From Fistulifera solaris (lineage: Eukaryota): DNA of 64,000 bases. Numbering within the stretch: position 1 is the stretch's first letter; each line of letters begins with the position of its first letter. The notes beneath the pieces were generated by a model that saw only the letters and a program-made list of their open reading frames with translations, was not told the origin of the DNA and searched no databases. Position numbers and translations under genes: made by a program. Shown here one piece after another: positions 59,850 through 64,000 of this stretch. The DNA lies in NCBI GenBank assembly GCA_030295235.1, contig AP026135.1, positions 248,001-312,000 of the forward strand. The letters are read 5' to 3'.

Positions 59850-61998
59850 TCATTCCATAGGAACGTTTCGAATGATGGTTAACTTCCGCGATGGATTGTT
59901 GCTTTTCTTTGATATCAATTTCGAGACGCGAATGGCCGTCATACTGCATACATCTTCATCGTCGACAGCCACTAGTTTGTCACCGACTTGTATTTGATCT
60001 GCAATCACCGATGTGTCTTTGACGGCATGTACCACCGGTGCACCGTCGTCGGGTGTGTCAATCACCACTCCCAATTTTCCGGCGGGAGCAATAATGTCTA
60101 TCACTTGCTCTTGGATGCCACTGTCACGAAGCTGCGATTCTGCTCCCAAAGCAGCTAATGCGGCTGTATTGAGTGTCCCCGCAGTCAATCGAGTCGTATC
60201 GCCCATAGTTCCGCCGGCACTGGAAACCACAGATGTATCACCGCCACCGTAAAGCTTGGAGTAGTCGTAATCGACCGTTGCAACACTGAAATGACCGTTC
60301 CGTAAGCAACAATGTTGCCAGACAAATAGCAATATATGTACAGAATGATCTTACCTTTGATCACCGTAGCCAACATCGAGGATCTTGCTCTCGAATGATT
60401 TTTTGTTTAGGAGGCAGATACGGATCTTCCATTAATGATAAATCTTCTTCGCTAGGACTGATAATGAACTGAGGAGACACTTCCGACTGATTGTCACGTT
60501 GATCACGTTGTTCGACACCCACACTGCCGTCACCACTTCCTTGAACGAAACTGTAAGCAACATAGGCGCATACCAACAGCACGGCAGCACCTGCCACTAT
60601 AATACCGATCAGAACACCCATCGACAATCCGCTGTCATCGTCGTCATTACCTCCTTCTCCTTCTTCTGGTGTGGCGTTTGGACCGAGTATACTTGGTACT
60701 TCCAAGGGTAAAACAAGGTCCCTCATATTGGCAAATTCTGTCCGCAACAATTCTCCGTATTCCGTGTTGGCTGCTTCATCATTGAAGGGCAACAAGGCTA
60801 CGACTTCAGCATCAGGGGTGTCATTCGTAGCAGCATAATCCATTGTTTGGTTGTACAAGATTGCATTATCTTCGTCCTGTCGAACAAACGTAAAGGCGCT
60901 CACCATCGATGCTTGCAAGCGTCGACGACCATTATTGACAAAGTAACCTTCAAACCATTCGGCCGTCACTCGTTCCCACATATCAATCTCATTGTCTTCC
61001 AAAACACCACCACCTTCCAACGGCAACCGAATGTTCATCAAACTGACCTCTACGGGTTCCACGGGAGTAGCGGCCGCACTCGGTGCCAAGGATGTCTCTA
61101 CCATGCTGGGTACCGCCGACGGCGCTTCACTGGAGGCTAGTGCGGTAGGCGCTTGACTCAGCACGACGCTCGGACTCTCACTCGACGCCAAAGTAGGCGA
61201 GACCGATGGAGCCGTCGTATTCCGCACTGTCGGCAAAAGAGATGTTGTCGGTGCCTCGGTGGGAGCAAAGGTAGGTGCCCGTGTTTGTCCGGGTAACAGT
61301 GGTACCGCAATAGGAACTTTCAGATTTTCCCATCCGGCAAACGTCAGATTTAACGCCGTGGCGTATTGCAAATTTCCTTCAACTGTCGTCAACGGATACA
61401 CCGCGTAATAACCAGGCGTCTGGGTCCCATTGAGCGACGTGTAGGTGAGTACTTGGGAATAATTGAATGTGGTAACAATCACTTCGTCCCGCAACACACT
61501 GTTCTGCGACAGAAAGGAAATCACGGTCGTAAAGTTGCGAATGCCAACGTCGTTTTGGGCATAAAATTGATTGAAAAAGTTTCGAGTGACGTTTTCCCAC
61601 AACGAATAGCGTTCTTCTGCCTCAATCAGTGGAGGAACATTCTCAAGTTGCAGGGTAATTCCGGAAATTGTAACGTTGACGGGGAACGATTGAGACACCG
61701 GTGGAAGACTGGGAAGGGTGGTGGCTGTCGGCGGTGCTGCTGTAGGTGGCAGCGACGTCAAAGGAGGGCCCGTGGACGAATTGGTGGGGATGGGAGAAAG
61801 TGGATTCGTCGTAGGAGAAAGTACCGGAAATATAGTTACAATAGTTGCATTGGTTGTGTTGGTCGTATTCGTAGTATTGGATATTTGTGCGACGACGAGT
61901 GGCATCCAGCAAAGCAAGATCAGAAACCGTCTATTCATGTTTCTCATCTGTGTCGTTTTACTAAAACTAGCTATAATGTACCTCTTGCTTCTTCCCAT
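59850..61998 (-). CDS. Paralogous mucin/SEA-like-TM-PDZ receptor (intron 60286-60354; frameshift ~60400)
   Basis: Signal peptide, PT stalks, two SEA-like repeats (RRRLQ), TM VLIGIIVAGAAVLLVCAYVAY, YGDQS|VATVDYDYSKLY, and PDZ APAGKLGVVIDTPDDGAPVVHAVKD. Confidence 0.85.
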
Positions 61999-62308
61999 CC
62001 AGCAAATGATGGCTGTTGGTCTTGTAAAATAATAATCAAACGATCGCTATTGCTTGTAACTTGATTACTACGTATTTGTTTCTTGCCGTTTTGAGTCGTC
62101 GACGCCAAGCGTAACAGACAATAGTCGTTGGCATTGAATTCCGGCGGTGAGATTCGTTGCAATTGTTTAGAGTACAAATGCAAGTCCAACGGAAATGATC
62201 GTACTATCGAGTATGAAATTCAAATCATGTGCCCGTAAGTTTGGAGTCCCGCCGGTATCCTCTAACGGAAATTCCCACCTCATTCGTTTTTCCATGGAAG
62301 AAGCTTTT

Positions 62309-62470
62309 CGGTACCGGTACCGTACCTGTACGACAAACAATCTATGATCCTGGCTTGTATTCAGTACCGCTACCGGTACGGTACCGTACCCGTTACCCGC
62401 GTAGTATCCATTTCAGGAGACAGGGAAACGCACTTGGTACATTTCTCCACGGGGGCGTACGTGAAGTACA
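62309..62470. repeat. GTAC-rich cluster with two perfect palindromes
   Basis: CGGTACCGGTACCG (62309-62322), GGTACGGTACCGTACC (62375-62390), and about 11 GTAC cores in ~160 bp. Confidence 0.75.
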
Positions 62471-63217
62471 CAATCTCCCGCACCTTGCAGTCAGTCGTCA
62501 GCTTGAAGCCTCTCAACGTTCCCAATCAATAGCTACTCCTGCAGGTATTTGAAACATTCTGAGGATCGTTTAGCATTCAACTGTCATTTGAAAGCGCCTT
62601 CTTCATTTCAAGGGAAAGTTGAAACTTGAAACTAGTTTCCTTCTGCTTGGAGTTGGAGTTTTTCCCCGTGGTCACTTTACACCGTGAGATAAAACAAACA
62701 TGCGGTATCACTTTAGACGTTTGTTTGCCTCTTAGAATGATGCTTTAAAGTTGGAAACTAAATCTCTCTGGTAAACAATAATCGCTAAAAAAACCTTTTT
62801 GGAACATGCAGTCAACAAAATCATTTCTCCCAACAACTCGATTCTTTTTTAAAATCAAGACTAGACTAGTTGATCCCATCTCATCCCATGTTCTCTAGTA
62901 CGTCCTATCAAGTTTTCGGAAGGACAAAAGGATTGGATTGGGAAACACCCTTGAGTTCGTCGAAACGTGATGTGCGATGCCAGCGTGGACGCGTGGATGC
63001 GGCGGCGGCGCGCGTCCGATCCCGCATGTCCTTCCCCCGAGGACTTTTTTTACTTAGAGAAGACTTTGGTGAAAATAGCTCATACAGTAGGCGACGTTTC
63101 GAATCGGAGTATCGTCATTATTGCACCGTGCGCAACGCCATGTTGTCTCACGATTCACGGACGAAAAGTGGAATGCATCGATCGCAGCCAATAAAGCGAA
63201 AACAAAGGACAACAAGG

Positions 63218-63243
63218 TTCATTCATTCATTCATTCATTCATT
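63218..63243. repeat. (ATTC)n microsatellite
   Basis: About 6 tandem TTCA/ATTC units, ~65 bp upstream of the ATG at 63308. Confidence 0.85.
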
Positions 63244-63307
63244 TTGCGAGCTCCGAGTGAATAAAAAGAGAGGAATATTGAAAAGAGTTAATTATACCGC
63301 ATTCGCA

Positions 63308-64000
63308 ATGATCAAGCAAGTCTTTCTCTTCGTCTTTTGGATATTACCAATAGTAAATTCTCAATTTACGGCTTCTCCGACGACTCCTGTCATTGAAACT
63401 GAAGCGCCTGTCGCGGCCCCGACATTGCAACCAACGGTCGGTGCCATTGCCACCGAATCACCCACACTTCTCAGTACATCGGAACCGACGCAATTGCCTA
63501 CCGCAGCACCTGTAGCCGTTCCTGTCGCTCTGCCGGTCGCCGTCCCCGTCGCGCCGCCACCTACGGTCGCACCGATTCCATCTCCTGTGGCTGCCCCGAC
63601 ACCGCCTCCTCTTGCCCCTATCGTTGTATCGACCAGTGCTCCGACCCTCTTTTCCACTCCGGATGTCATTGCCGTGACACCTTCACCAACGGCGGCGCCC
63701 ATCATTTTCTCGTCTCCAATTGCCACGACGCTTTCCCCGACAACTCGACAGGCCATCGAAACGTCTCCTCCAACCTCGACTTCGGACTCGGGCAGCAACA
63801 ATCCTCCACCCACGAACCAAGAGGATGACGAGTTACTGAGTTTACCGGCCTGGATTGGGATTGGTGTCGGAGGCTTGATCGTGTTGGGATCGATTGTCTT
63901 TGTCGCCCTGCGTGGCGGTGGCAACAGTAGTGGACAGACGGTGCCTAGTCGGCACACCAAAGATACGCGCATGTCATCCCAGCCCGAAGTCGAAATTCAA
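63308..64000 (+). CDS. Mucin-like type-I membrane protein, truncated by the window end
   Basis: Manual translation: MIKQVFLFVFWILPIVNSQ (signal), a P/T/A/V-rich stalk (PVAAPT repeats), TM WIGIGVGGLIVLGSIVFVAL, and an open frame to 64000. Not in the ORF track. Confidence 0.85.
   Translation, partial: MIKQVFLFVFWILPIVNSQFTASPTTPVIETEAPVAAPTLQPTVGAIATESPTLLSTSEPTQLPTAAPVAVPVALPVAVPVAPPPTVAPIPSPVAAPTPPPLAPIVVSTSAPTLFSTPDVIAVTPSPTAAPIIFSSPIATTLSPTTRQAIETSPPTSTSDSGSNNPPPTNQEDDELLSLPAWIGIGVGGLIVLGSIVFVALRGGGNSSGQTVPSRHTKDTRMSSQPEVEIQ

Overview
Gene-dense eukaryotic nuclear DNA with short GT-AG introns, almost certainly from a diatom. Support: the 18S/28S rDNA, bipartite plastid-targeting presequences and a CoDi-type copia element. 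A decayed ORF family at 17-18.9 kb recalls, from memory only, the genus Fistulifera. Layout: (1) 1-4.7 kb, the pol half and 3' LTR of a Ty1/copia retrotransposon. (2) 4.9-28.9 kb, mostly housekeeping genes: ETF-beta, V-ATPase c, MOCS2A, Sec6-like, MDP-1, plastid NEET, ABHD11-like, CK1, RPL29, APT1 and apyrase. (3) 30.0-35.8 kb, one solitary 18S-5.8S-28S rDNA unit flanked by protein genes. (4) 38.9-41.6 kb, TrpD and an LRR protein. (5) 41.7-64 kb, a dense cluster of unnamed type-I membrane glycoproteins. This includes a head-to-head paralogue pair with Cys-clamped EF-hand repeats and very acidic cytoplasmic tails, and paralogous mucin/SEA-like-TM-PDZ receptors. Nested among them is a DUF4258-like (toxin RNase-like)-vWA-alpha-kinase fusion. 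Many genes carry single-base indels, often in homopolymers, which look like assembly errors rather than pseudogenisation. The best candidates for an undescribed system are the surface-receptor cluster and the toxin-like alpha-kinase.
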